Shown here piece after piece: positions 48,827 to 58,782 of a stretch of DNA of 63,841 nucleotides. The notes beneath the pieces are model-generated. The model was given only the letters and a program-made list of their open reading frames with translations. It did not search any database and was not told where the DNA came from. Source of the DNA: Planctomycetia bacterium (GTDB lineage: Bacteria > Planctomycetota > Planctomycetia > Pirellulales > UBA1268); the NCBI GenBank assembly GCA_046074725.1, contig JBJTOU010000038.1, positions 1 to 63,841 of the forward strand. Direction: 5' to 3'. Each line of letters opens with the position of its first letter. Positions within the stretch are counted from its first letter, which is position 1. Made by a program: the position numbers and the translations under genes.

Positions 48827-48929
48827 TTCACCACGACACGGACAGTCGCGGGAGGGGTATCCACGGCAGGGGCTTTCTGCTCTCCTTTCACGATCCCGTC
48901 AGGACGACCCGTTCGTGAAAGGACTCGCC

Positions 48930-50006
48930 ATGCCGGCAGCGACCGCCTCTTCGCCGAGTTTCGATCCGCCTCGTTCCACCGCCACCGAAACGGGCTGGGT
49001 GAGCGAGGTTCGTCGGGTCATCCGACAGGCGAAGACCGACTACTTCGCCGTCCACCCCCTGCGATACTGGATCGACTTTCTGGTATCGCTCGTCATCGCC
49101 TACCTGTCGGCGACGATCTACCTCATGGCGCCCCTGGGCTCCTGGCAGCAGCTCGCCGCCTTTCCGCTGTCCGTTTTCTGGCTCTACCGACTCGGGTCGC
49201 TGATCCATGAGGTATGCCATCTCGGCCATCACGAGATGCGGGTTTTCAAGGTGACCTGGAACCTGCTCGTCGGGGTGATGACGCTGACACCCTCACCCTT
49301 CTTCACGCGGCACCATCGCGACCACCACAGCGCCCGCATGTACGGCACCCCCGAAGACCCCGAATACGTGGCCAACGTCCTCGAGTCGGGCAATTGGCGA
49401 AGCGGCCTGCTCTATGCCGCGCATGTCGCCATCTTTCCGGGGCTCGTGTTCGCCCGCTTCCTTCTGGCCCCGCTCACGTTTCTGTCGCCCAGGATCCGCC
49501 AGACGGTTCTCGAGCGTGCCAGCTCCATGACCCTGAACACGCGCTACGTGCGGAACGTCACCCCCTTCGACCGGCTCGCGATCACGGCCGTCGAGATCCC
49601 CTGTTTTCTCAGGGCCGCGTTCATTCCCGTGAGCGTCGCGGTGGGCATCGCCCCGCCGAGCCGGATCGCGCTGCTCTACATCCTCGCGCTCACGACAGTC
49701 GTGATGAACCAGATGCGGCAACTGGCCGATCATCACTTCGATGGCGACGGGGCGCCGGTATCACTCGAACGTCACGTGCTCGACTCCTGCAACTTCACCG
49801 GTCGCGATCCGCTCACCTGGCTCTTCTTTCCGTTTTCGATCCGCTACCACGCTCTGCATCATCTGTTTCCATCGATGCCCTACCACAACCTCAAGCCCGC
49901 CCACGAGCATCTGGTGCGGTGCCTGCCGTTCGATTCGCCCTACCTCGGTCTCGACCGGCCGGGCTGGTGGAGCGTCGCCCGCCGAACGGTGTTCGGCGAC
50001 ACCTGA
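48930..50006 (+). CDS. Membrane fatty acid desaturase-family protein
   Basis: Three His boxes HEVCH, HHRDHH and YHALHH, with TM segments. Confidence 0.88.
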   Translation: MPAATASSPSFDPPRSTATETGWVSEVRRVIRQAKTDYFAVHPLRYWIDFLVSLVIAYLSATIYLMAPLGSWQQLAAFPLSVFWLYRLGSLIHEVCHLGHHEMRVFKVTWNLLVGVMTLTPSPFFTRHHRDHHSARMYGTPEDPEYVANVLESGNWRSGLLYAAHVAIFPGLVFARFLLAPLTFLSPRIRQTVLERASSMTLNTRYVRNVTPFDRLAITAVEIPCFLRAAFIPVSVAVGIAPPSRIALLYILALTTVVMNQMRQLADHHFDGDGAPVSLERHVLDSCNFTGRDPLTWLFFPFSIRYHALHHLFPSMPYHNLKPAHEHLVRCLPFDSPYLGLDRPGWWSVARRTVFGDT

Positions 50007-50021
50007 TCGGCACGGTCTCGC

Positions 50022-51320
50022 TCAGAGCGCGACCGACGGCTCGGTTTCCAGGTCGTCTTCTGTCTCGTCGGCCGATGCGAGCGACTTCGGCGGCCAAAAG
50101 GCGACGGCCAGAGCGACGGCCGCCACCAGGGCCATGAAGGTCGGGAAGAGGAAAAGCCGGCGGTAGTCGATGCCGTCCGCCCCCTTCAGGCTCTCCTGGA
50201 GAGGAATGAAGAGCCACTTGGCGGCGAGGTCGCCAAGTCCGAGAACCAGCAGGTTGAAGAGGCTCTGGGCGCTCGCCCGCACATCCTTCGGGAAGGCGGC
50301 GTCGATGAAGATGTAGAGGGTCGCGAAGAAGAAGGCGTAGCAGATGCCGTGCAGTACCTGCACCGCGATGATGACCGCCTGGTTCTGCGGCATGAAGGCG
50401 AAGACGGCGAACCGGGCGGCGTGGCCGAGGATGCCGAGAGTCATCGTCGTCTTCCAACCGAGCCTGGCGAGAACGGCACCGAGAATCGCCATCGTGGCGA
50501 TCTCAGCCACCTGCCCGATGCTCATCACCGGCATGATCCACTTGGGCTCGAGGCCGACCGTTCGGCTTCCGAGGAAATCACCCGCCATGACGAAGTAGCC
50601 GTTGTGGATCACGGCATCGACGAACGTCACGAAAAAAAGCACCGCCAAATAGGGCTTTGCGAGGAACCGGGCCGCCTTCATCCATGCAAATCCCCCTTCG
50701 CCGGACTTCGCCGGCTTCGGCGGCGTATGGGGGAGCACGAGGCTGTAGGCAGCCAGCGACAATGACAGTCCTCCGGCGATCAGGAAGATCGTGCGGCTGG
50801 CGGCGACGGCGTCGGCGCCGGTCTTGCCCTCCAGAATGAAGTAGAGCGGCCATGCCACGAGGATCCAGCCGATCGTCCCGCCCATCCGCACGATGCCGAA
50901 CTCCTTCTGCGCGTCCTTCATGTGGGCGAAGGCGAGCGAATTGGAGACCGATATCGTGGGCACATACGCGAGCGAGTGTACGAGCATGAGGCCGAAAAAG
51001 GAGGGGAAACTCTTCGCCCAATACATGCCGAGCATCGCCAGCCCCCCGATGAGATGGCTTGCCGCCATGAATCTTTCCGCCGCAAAGGTGCGATCGGCAA
51101 ACTGGCTCGAGAAAAGCACACCTACGATCGACGCGATGGCGAACGCGCTGCCGACCCATGCGATCTGCGAACTCGTGAAGCCGAGGCCACCGTCCGCCAC
51201 GGTCGCCCCCATGTAGCCCCAGATGAGTGGAAGCCATGCTCCCCAGATCGCGAACTCGAGCACCATCATCAGCCAGAGACGAAACGTCGGGGCGGGTGCG
51301 GCGGAATCGGATCGGCTCAT
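50022..51320 (-). CDS. MFS transporter, nucleoside:H+ symporter (NupG/YegT-like) family
   Basis: LEFAIWGAW, FADR, RMGGTIGW, SIGQVAEI and LHGICYAFFF; about 12 TMs. Confidence 0.88.
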   Translation of the reverse strand: MSRSDSAAPAPTFRLWLMMVLEFAIWGAWLPLIWGYMGATVADGGLGFTSSQIAWVGSAFAIASIVGVLFSSQFADRTFAAERFMAASHLIGGLAMLGMYWAKSFPSFFGLMLVHSLAYVPTISVSNSLAFAHMKDAQKEFGIVRMGGTIGWILVAWPLYFILEGKTGADAVAASRTIFLIAGGLSLSLAAYSLVLPHTPPKPAKSGEGGFAWMKAARFLAKPYLAVLFFVTFVDAVIHNGYFVMAGDFLGSRTVGLEPKWIMPVMSIGQVAEIATMAILGAVLARLGWKTTMTLGILGHAARFAVFAFMPQNQAVIIAVQVLHGICYAFFFATLYIFIDAAFPKDVRASAQSLFNLLVLGLGDLAAKWLFIPLQESLKGADGIDYRRLFLFPTFMALVAAVALAVAFWPPKSLASADETEDDLETEPSVAL

Positions 51321-51383
51321 GGTCGGCCTCCTGAAGGGATGGTATCGGTCTTGAGTTTTTCCAGATCGAGATCGATCGGTGGA

Positions 51384-52412
51384 TCACACGAGCCGCACCG
51401 GCTGCCCGCCCTGCGCGGCGCTCCGGTCGGCGGCGAAGATCACGTCGAACGTCTTCTTCGCCTCTGGAAAGCTCGTCAGCGGCATGTCTCGCCCCGCGTC
51501 GAGCGCATCGAAGAATGCCTGGAACTGCGCCTGGTAGGGATGATCGCTCACGTCACCAGAGTCGAGCATCTTCATCGAAACCCGGCTCCAATGGCCCTTG
51601 TCGGCCTTGAGCTTCATCGAGTGGAAGCGGTCGTCGAGCAGACTTCCTTCGCTCCCCACGAGGTGGGTGTGGAAGTAGTAGGGCTGGAGGCAATCCACGA
51701 TCGCCGCCGTCTTGCCCACGGCCCCGCCCTTGAAGTGGAGAATGGTCACGCTCGACGTGTCGTATTCATACGGGGCGAAGATCGGACTCTCCGACTTCGT
51801 GCTCAAGCTCGACACCGTCTCGACCTCGTTGCCCATCATCATCAGCAGGGCGTCGAGGGCATGACAACCGGCCGTCAGAAGGGCGCTGCCTCCGTCCTTC
51901 TTGCCGATGTTCCAACGATACTGGCCATACCATGGCCCGATGCCGTGGTAGTAGTCCACCTCGCCGTAGTGGAGCCTCCCGAGAAGGCCCTCGTCGATGA
52001 GGGCCTTGGACACCTGAAACTGGCTCGAAAAGCGGCACTCGAAGCAGACACATCCCTTCACGCCGTTGGCTTCGGTTGCAGCCACGATCTCGCGAACCTC
52101 CTCGGGCGTGTTGGCCATCGGCTTCTCGAGAATCACGTGCTTTTTCGCCTTCGCCGCGGCGACGGCCTGGTCGCGGTGCTGGCTGGGGTAGCTCGTGATG
52201 TCCACGACGTCGATGTCGGGATCGGCCAGCATCGCATCGATCTCGCGATACACCTTGATCATGCCGCCGTGCTTCGCGGAAAGTTCTCCGGCATCGAGCG
52301 GTCGCGAGGAGAAGACGGCCGCGACGCGGCCCTGCCTGGTCGCGTTGATCGCCGCGATGTGGGCGGTGGCCGCCCAGCCGTAGCCGATGACGCCGACGTT
52401 GTAGTTGCTCAT
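51384..52412 (-). CDS. Gfo/Idh/MocA family oxidoreductase
   Basis: GVIGYGW, KHVILEKP and GG.ALL..GCHALD. Confidence 0.9.
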   Translation of the reverse strand: MSNYNVGVIGYGWAATAHIAAINATRQGRVAAVFSSRPLDAGELSAKHGGMIKVYREIDAMLADPDIDVVDITSYPSQHRDQAVAAAKAKKHVILEKPMANTPEEVREIVAATEANGVKGCVCFECRFSSQFQVSKALIDEGLLGRLHYGEVDYYHGIGPWYGQYRWNIGKKDGGSALLTAGCHALDALLMMMGNEVETVSSLSTKSESPIFAPYEYDTSSVTILHFKGGAVGKTAAIVDCLQPYYFHTHLVGSEGSLLDDRFHSMKLKADKGHWSRVSMKMLDSGDVSDHPYQAQFQAFFDALDAGRDMPLTSFPEAKKTFDVIFAADRSAAQGGQPVRLV

Positions 52413-52433
52413 GGAATCCTTCCAGGTGACGGG

Positions 52434-54392
52434 TCAGAACGACTGCCGGACAAAGCCCTCGATGGCCTCGTACTCAGGAAGACCGAGTTTGTCGTACACG
52501 CGGGCCGTGTCGCGATTGCGGTCCTCGGCCCGCTGCCAGAACTCGCGAGGATCGGTCGCCCCCGGAAAGAGCGCCCGGTCCTTCTGGCTCTCGTGTTTGA
52601 AGATGGCCATTCGCTTCCGCTCGACCTCGTCCGGCGAGAGCGGCACCGCCATCTCGATCTCGTGCGGCTCCCATTCCTGCCAGGCCCCGCGGTAGAGCCA
52701 GAGTTGGCACTCCCGCGCCCAGGATCGATCCTTCACCCCGGCAAGGGCCGCAAGAATCGCCCCGAGGCATACGCGGTGCGTGCCATGGGGATCAGAGAGG
52801 TCGCCCGCGGCGTAGACCTGGTGTGGCTTCACTCGCTCGAGCAGGTCGATCGTGATCGCCACGTCGTCCGGACCGATCGGCTTCTTGCGGACCCGGCCCG
52901 TTTCATAGAACGGCAGGTCGAGAAAGTGGATGTTCTCGGGCTTCACGCCGGAGTAGCGGGCTCCCGCCCGAGCCTCGGTACGACGGATGAGCCCCTTGAT
53001 CGTCTGCAACTCCGGGATATCGACGGCGCCGGCCGACTTCGTCCTGAGGAACTGCCGGATCTTCTCGGCCACCTCGTTCGTCTTCGGTCCCGTGCCGAAG
53101 GCCCTGCAGAACTCCTCGACGAAGTCGACATGCCGGTCGGCCGATTCGTCCCAGACCGCGATGTTGCCGCTCGTCTGGTAGGCGACATGCACGTCGTGCC
53201 CCTGTTCGCAGAGCCGGATGAAGGTCCCCCCCATACTGATTACATCGTCGTCGGGGTGCGGGCTGAAAACGACGACCCGCTTCGGGAACGCCGCGGAGCC
53301 GCCGTGCATGCCACGGGTTTCACCGAGCTTCCCGCCGGGCCAGCCCGTGATCGTGTTTTGCATCGCCCGGAAGACCTCGATGTTGATGTCGTAGACGCGC
53401 CCGCGGCATGAGAGCAGATCCTGCAGTCCGTGCTCGTTGTAATCCTCGTCGGTGAGTTTGAGGATCGGCTTGCCCACCTTGAGCGAGAGCCAAATCACGG
53501 CCTTCTTCGTGAGATGGGGCGTCCATTCCAGCCCCATCGAATCAAGTGGCCCGACCACCCAGGGCGCCTCGAAGCGGGAGAGCCGTGACGCTGCGGCCCG
53601 ATCGAGAACGAACCGAGCATCCGAGTGCTGCTGGATCGCGCTGGCCGAGACATGGCTGCACGGCGGTTCCTCGACCGCCTTGCGGACGATCGGTGCCTTG
53701 TGTTCGCCGAAGGCCAAGAGCACGACGCGGCGGGCGTCGAGGATCGTGCCGACGCCCATCGTGATCGCCTGCCTCGGCACGTTCCACTCGCCAAAGAAAT
53801 CGCTCGCGGCGTCGCCGCGGGTGACGCTGTCGAGGGTGATCAAACGGGTGCGGCTCTCGATGGCGCTGCCCGGTTCGTTGAAGCCAATGTGACCGGTGCG
53901 GCCGATGCCGAGGATCTGCAGGTCGATGCCGCCGGCCTCACGGATCATCTCCTCGTAGGCGGAGCATGCGGCGGGAATCGTGTCTCGGGAGAGCATGCCG
54001 TCAGGAATGTGGATCGCATCGGCCGGGATATCGAGATGATCGAAGAGGTGCTCCCGCATGAAGCGGTGGTAACTCTGGAGCGCCTGGGGCTCCATCGGCC
54101 AATACTCGTCGAGGTTGAACGTGACCACCGTCTTGAAGGAAAACCCCTCCTCGCGGTGCAGGCGAATGAGTTCGTCATAGACGCCGACAGGCGTGCTTCC
54201 CGTGGCGAGGCCGAGGACGGTCTTCCTGCCGGCCGCCGCCCGTTCACGGACGAGGTCCGCGATCTCGCGGGCCACCGCCCTGCTGGCATCACCGGGCTGA
54301 TCGTAGACCGTCACGGGCAACCGCTCGACGGTGTGCACGTGGGGAAGTGGGCCCTTGTAGATCGGCCCGCGGATGCTGGGAGTGACGCTCAT
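52434..54392 (-). CDS. nagB: Glucosamine-6-phosphate deaminase fused to a C-terminal PIG-L-like domain
   Basis: GLATGSTP, FNLDEY, GIGRTGHIGFNEPGS and ITMGVGTI; C-terminal SPHPDDD, DPHGTH and IFKHESQKD. Confidence 0.95.
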   Translation of the reverse strand: MSVTPSIRGPIYKGPLPHVHTVERLPVTVYDQPGDASRAVAREIADLVRERAAAGRKTVLGLATGSTPVGVYDELIRLHREEGFSFKTVVTFNLDEYWPMEPQALQSYHRFMREHLFDHLDIPADAIHIPDGMLSRDTIPAACSAYEEMIREAGGIDLQILGIGRTGHIGFNEPGSAIESRTRLITLDSVTRGDAASDFFGEWNVPRQAITMGVGTILDARRVVLLAFGEHKAPIVRKAVEEPPCSHVSASAIQQHSDARFVLDRAAASRLSRFEAPWVVGPLDSMGLEWTPHLTKKAVIWLSLKVGKPILKLTDEDYNEHGLQDLLSCRGRVYDINIEVFRAMQNTITGWPGGKLGETRGMHGGSAAFPKRVVVFSPHPDDDVISMGGTFIRLCEQGHDVHVAYQTSGNIAVWDESADRHVDFVEEFCRAFGTGPKTNEVAEKIRQFLRTKSAGAVDIPELQTIKGLIRRTEARAGARYSGVKPENIHFLDLPFYETGRVRKKPIGPDDVAITIDLLERVKPHQVYAAGDLSDPHGTHRVCLGAILAALAGVKDRSWARECQLWLYRGAWQEWEPHEIEMAVPLSPDEVERKRMAIFKHESQKDRALFPGATDPREFWQRAEDRNRDTARVYDKLGLPEYEAIEGFVRQSF

Positions 54393-54584
54393 CGGTCGCT
54401 TCTCCTGGTGTCCTTGATCGACGAGATCCTACACGACGTTCCAGCCGTCGGGGATAGGCTGTCGCGACGGGGCCGAAAGCCCCGTGTTGCGCTCGATTTG
54501 TCGAACTCGATGCCCATCGTTCACCATGGTCAATCCGAACGACGTGGGCTGAGCGTCCATTCCAGAAGCATCCCTCACGATTCC

Positions 54585-56666
54585 ATGACATCCACCATCG
54601 GTCTTGCCCTGTCGGGCGGCGGCTTCCGCGCCACGCTCTATCACCTCGGCGTGATCAGGGCGCTCCGCGACGCATCGGCCCTCGATGCCATCACCGACAT
54701 CTGCTCCGTCTCCGGCGGGAGCGTCGTGGGGGCACACCTCGTGCTCAACTGGGATCGCTACACCGGCACAGACGAGCAGTTCGCCGAGGCCGCCGCCGAG
54801 GTCATCCGATTCGTGCAGTCCGACGTCCGCAACAGGATCGTTCGTCGACTGCCGCTGCTGTTTCCGATCCGGCTCGCGGCGAAGCTCTCGGGCTGGCATG
54901 CGTCTGGCCTGACCCCCAACGCATTCCTCGAGGCCTCGTACCGTCGGTTCCTCTACGGGGATCGCCGCCTCTTCGAACTCCCCGAGAAGCCGTCGCTCCA
55001 CATTCTCGCCACGAACGTCAGCGACGGTGTGATGGCGGTGTTCAACCGTGAAGGTCTCCATCTCCAGAAGCGCAACACCACCGACGCCGATCCGTTCCAT
55101 CATGTCGCCGGACAGACGGCGAGCGTGGCCAAGGTGGTGGGAGCATCGTCGGCCTTTCCGGGATTCTTCCCGCCGGTCGAACTGACCGCCGACGACCTTG
55201 GCGTCCGGGAAGGCCAGTTCCCCACCGATGCATTCACCGATGGGGGTGTCTACGACAACCTCGGCACGCGGGCTTTTGTGTGGCTCAAAAAGTGCTGCGG
55301 CCGGGAACACGACCATGTGATCGTGAGCGATGCCGGAAAGCCGTTCCAAATCCTCGGCACCGCGCCGCTCGGGTTCATCGCGCAGTCGATCCGCGCCTCC
55401 GACATCCTCTGGGACCGCGTCTGGCAGCTGGAACGGGAAAATTTCGGCGACCGAAACGGCTTCTTCTTCGCGCCGATCACGCGGATCGTCGATCCGCATG
55501 CCGATCCCCACGCCCTTCATCCGGTCGTGCAGTCCGAGATCTCCGCGATCCGCACCGATCTCGACCGTTTCTCCGATCTCGAAGTCAACGCCCTTGTGGG
55601 CCACGGCTACGAGGTCGCTCGCGACGTGCAGCAACGGCTGGGGATGACCGTGGCCGACGGCCTGCCCTGGGAGCCGCTGCCCGACGCCCACTCGCTCCGC
55701 GCCGCCACGGCCGAAGCCGTCGAAGGCGCGCATGGCGTTGGAACGGCCCGTACCAACGCCACCAGCGTGGCAGCCCGCTTCGCGCAGGACCTGCGTCGGT
55801 CGAGCCGCCGAAAGGTCTGGTCGTCACTGCTCGATTGGCGGGACTGGCCGTCATATGTCTATGTCGCCGCGGCGCTCCTTCTCTTCGTCGCCCTGCCAAC
55901 GCACGTCTACCGTCTCCATCGCCGCGCCGAGATTCTGGCGGGCGTCATCGAATCGATCGCCAAGGGCGATCCCGACATCCGGCTCGTGCTCGATCTCGTC
56001 GAGCGCGATCCGGCGGCATCATGGAAGCCGGTTCCCATCGCCCCCATGGCCGCCGCGACGGAGGTCGATCACGCGGGCATCGACATGCTGGCTCTGTCCC
56101 GGATTCTCGACCTGCGGCCGGCCTGGCGTGACCGCAGCGACGGATCGCCGAGCCGAATCCACGTTCGCGACCGGATCACGATCCGGGTGCGCGACGCGTC
56201 GGCGCGGTCCAGTCCATTCGTGCTGCGAACGGCCCTGCCGATCGAGGACGTCACCTTTCGCCATCCGCCCGGCCAGCCGCCGCTGACCATTCATCCGGTG
56301 CCGGCAGCCAGCAACGCGACGTCGCCCTTGCCGCGGTACGAGTTCCGCTACGATCTGTCCGGCGTTCCGGTCGACACGCCGTTCACGATCGAGATCGGCG
56401 CGATCATTCACTATCGGGAACTTTCGGACCAGCACCTGAAGATGTCGCTGGAATACCCGATCGACCTGTTCACGGTCTGGATGCTCTTTCCCGAGGACCA
56501 TCCCTACCGGACGTACCAGTTGCTTCGCTACCCGGGCGGCGCCGCCACAGCCGAACCGATGGCCAGCCGCTACACGATCGATCATCCCTACGGCCAGTTG
56601 ATCGGCTGGTCGCTGATCAACCCGGAACTGCGGACCGTCTACGAGTGCCGCTGGACGTCGGACTGA
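54585..56666 (+). CDS. Patatin-like phospholipase with one TM helix and an unrecognised C-terminal domain
   Basis: LSGGGFRA, nucleophile SVSGGS, ASSAFP and DGGVYDN; TM WPSYVYVAAALLLFVAL; start at MTSTIGLAL. Confidence 0.85.
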   Translation: MTSTIGLALSGGGFRATLYHLGVIRALRDASALDAITDICSVSGGSVVGAHLVLNWDRYTGTDEQFAEAAAEVIRFVQSDVRNRIVRRLPLLFPIRLAAKLSGWHASGLTPNAFLEASYRRFLYGDRRLFELPEKPSLHILATNVSDGVMAVFNREGLHLQKRNTTDADPFHHVAGQTASVAKVVGASSAFPGFFPPVELTADDLGVREGQFPTDAFTDGGVYDNLGTRAFVWLKKCCGREHDHVIVSDAGKPFQILGTAPLGFIAQSIRASDILWDRVWQLERENFGDRNGFFFAPITRIVDPHADPHALHPVVQSEISAIRTDLDRFSDLEVNALVGHGYEVARDVQQRLGMTVADGLPWEPLPDAHSLRAATAEAVEGAHGVGTARTNATSVAARFAQDLRRSSRRKVWSSLLDWRDWPSYVYVAAALLLFVALPTHVYRLHRRAEILAGVIESIAKGDPDIRLVLDLVERDPAASWKPVPIAPMAAATEVDHAGIDMLALSRILDLRPAWRDRSDGSPSRIHVRDRITIRVRDASARSSPFVLRTALPIEDVTFRHPPGQPPLTIHPVPAASNATSPLPRYEFRYDLSGVPVDTPFTIEIGAIIHYRELSDQHLKMSLEYPIDLFTVWMLFPEDHPYRTYQLLRYPGGAATAEPMASRYTIDHPYGQLIGWSLINPELRTVYECRWTSD

Positions 56667-56704
56667 CGCTCTCGGGCGTCGATGCAGCCCCGATGCGAAA
56701 GGAA

Positions 56705-56778
56705 TGCCCCGTCTTGGACTCGAACCAAGAACCCTCTGATTAAGAGTCAGATGCTCTGACCAATTGAGCTAACGGGGC
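56705..56778 (-). tRNA. tRNA-Lys (anticodon CTT); CCA not encoded
   Basis: Reverse complement GCCCCGTTAGCTCAATTGGTCAGAGCATCTGACTCTTAATCAGAGGGTTCTTGGTTCGAGTCCAAGACGGGGCA folds as a cloverleaf; anticodon at 56744-56742. Confidence 0.97.
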
Positions 56779-56915
56779 CGAACCCTCAATTTTCTACCCG
56801 CGGCCGGAGCGGTCGGCAAGGGGCGTGCGTTGAGGGTTTCCGGCGCACTCGCTACATTTCCGCACTCGCACGACTCGCTCGGAACATTTTTCGACCCACG
56901 CGGAGAATTCGACTC

Positions 56916-57743
56916 ATGGCCAGGTTCGCCGGGATGAAGGGGCTGGTGCTCGGTGTCGCCAACGATCACTCGATCGCCTGGGCCATCGCCAAAGAGATCC
57001 TCGACGAAGGGGGACAGGTCGGCTTCTCGCACCTTCCCGACAAACCCGACGACGAGCGGCAGCGGAATCGTCGCCGCGTGGCCCAACTCACCGACTCGGA
57101 GCCCAATGCGAAATTCCTCGTCCCGATGGACGTCTCGAGCGACGATCAGATCGCTGCCGTGATCACCCGCGCCCGCGACGAGTTCGGCACGATCGACTTT
57201 CTCGTCCACTCGATCGCCTACGCCCCGATGGAGGATCTCAAGGGAGAGACGACCAACTGCAGCCGCGAGGGCTTCCGGATCGCGATGGAGACGAGCGCCT
57301 ACAGCCTCCTGGCCGTCGGCCGCCTCGCCCGTCACATCCTCGCCAAGGATGCCTCGATCCTCACGCTCACCTATTACGGCGGCGAAAAGGTCGTGCCTGG
57401 ATACAACATCATGGGCGTCTGCAAGGCCACGCTCGACACATGCGTGAAGTACATGGCATTCGACCTCGGCCCCGCCGGCGTGCGGGTCAATGCGATCAGC
57501 GCCGGGCCGCTGCGGACGCTCGCCGGCCGCGGAGCGGGCGTGGAGGAGATGCTCGGCATGTACGAGCACATGTCGCCCATGGGCCGCAACATCACCCACG
57601 AGGAGGTCGGCAAGGCGGGCGCATTTCTGCTCTCGCGCGAATCGCTCGGCATCACCGGCGAGATCATGCATGTCGATGCCGGCTACAACATCATGGGATC
57701 GCCCGGCCGACTGCTCGACCTGATGCCCCGCCCCGCCGGGTAG
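56916..57743 (+). CDS. fabI: Enoyl-ACP reductase (NADH)
   Basis: GVANDHSIAWAIA, VHSIAYA, SAYSL, YNIMGVCK and VNAISAGPLRTLA. Confidence 0.96.
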   Translation: MARFAGMKGLVLGVANDHSIAWAIAKEILDEGGQVGFSHLPDKPDDERQRNRRRVAQLTDSEPNAKFLVPMDVSSDDQIAAVITRARDEFGTIDFLVHSIAYAPMEDLKGETTNCSREGFRIAMETSAYSLLAVGRLARHILAKDASILTLTYYGGEKVVPGYNIMGVCKATLDTCVKYMAFDLGPAGVRVNAISAGPLRTLAGRGAGVEEMLGMYEHMSPMGRNITHEEVGKAGAFLLSRESLGITGEIMHVDAGYNIMGSPGRLLDLMPRPAG

Positions 57744-58148
57744 ATGGCCGTGGTCGCTCGTACCCAGATCGCCGTGGCCGTCGTGGTCGATGGCGACAGC
57801 GTTCTCGTCGGTCGTCGAAGTGATTCGGCGAGAGATGCCCCGGGGCTGCATGAGTTCCCGGGTGGGAAGGTGGAACCCGGCGAGATGCCCGAATCGGCGG
57901 CGGTGCGGGAATGCCTCGAGGAGGTCGGTCTCGCCATCCGGATTCGCAGGCGGCTCGACGCCGTCCGTGCCGAATCGACCGCCGGTCCGATCGACGTGCT
58001 CTTTTTCGTCGCCGAGCCGATCGATCGCGATGGCACGCCCAAGTCGCCCTTCGAATGGCGGCGCGTGGGCTCCTTGGAGCCGCACGCCTTCCCGCCGGCC
58101 AACGCGAGCGTTGTCGGCTGGCTCCTGCGGCATCACGGCGGATCGTAG
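57744..58148 (+). CDS. MutT-like Nudix hydrolase
   Basis: Nudix box [11 protein letters not shown]...[16 protein letters not shown]. Confidence 0.88.
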   Translation: MAVVARTQIAVAVVVDGDSVLVGRRSDSARDAPGLHEFPGGKVEPGEMPESAAVRECLEEVGLAIRIRRRLDAVRAESTAGPIDVLFFVAEPIDRDGTPKSPFEWRRVGSLEPHAFPPANASVVGWLLRHHGGS

Positions 58149-58399
58149 CCGCCGGGATGCCAGGGATGGCACCGCCCGATCCGCCTGATCCCCATCCAGC
58201 CGCCACGGAGGGCCCCATATTTTTCCACCGCCTCCCGGAAATACCTGCTGCATGTCGGTCGAAACCGGCACTGGCGACCGATGACGGGAGAAAGCGTGCA
58301 CTGATAGAGGATCACCGCACCGACAAGGGCCGCAACGGCCCCGCGATCAGCCATGCGGCCAAGCCATCGGATGCCGCCGATGATGGTGACACGGCGCAT
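58133..58399 (-). CDS. yidD: Membrane protein insertion efficiency factor
   Basis: YQ..LSP....CRF.PTCS.Y...A..KYG...G..RI.RCHPW..GGYDP. Confidence 0.93.
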   Translation of the reverse strand: MRRVTIIGGIRWLGRMADRGAVAALVGAVILYQCTLSPVIGRQCRFRPTCSRYFREAVEKYGALRGGWMGIRRIGRCHPWHPGGYDPP

Positions 58400-58782
58400 C
58401 ACCGCTCCCTGCCCCTCACGCGAGACGTGGTCCGGCCGGCGAGCTGCACGATCATCCGCTCGGTCCGCCGCGCCCCTTCCTCGCCCTCCTCCGGACGGCC
58501 GGACCGCACCACGATGATGTAGTCATTGCCCCGGCTCAGGTCCCCCTGCACGCGGCGAAACGCCTCGCGCAGCCGCCGCTTCCAGCGGTTGCGGATCACG
58601 GCATTGCCGATCCGACGCGAGACGGAAACCCCGAGCCGGGCGGGGCCCTCGGGCTTGTCCTGCGGCGCCGAGTAGAGCACCAGCGGCCCCTGGGCTGCGG
58701 TGCAGCGTGCCGAATAGACGCGGGCGAACTCCGTCGGTCGAAGAAGCCGTCTCGCTCGTGGAAAGTGCTCGTCGGTCGTCAT
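58399..58782 (-). CDS. rnpA: Ribonuclease P protein component
   Basis: RL....[32 protein letters not shown]. Confidence 0.93.
   Translation of the reverse strand: MTTDEHFPRARRLLRPTEFARVYSARCTAAQGPLVLYSAPQDKPEGPARLGVSVSRRIGNAVIRNRWKRRLREAFRRVQGDLSRGNDYIIVVRSGRPEEGEEGARRTERMIVQLAGRTTSRVRGRER

Noticed and set aside
54467..56782. 11-bp direct repeat ACGGGGCCGAA (54467-54477 and 56772-56782) flanking patatin and the tRNA, as a possible att pair
   Set aside because: It is short and GC-rich, lies at the tRNA 5' end rather than the 3' end, and no integrase is present; likely chance.
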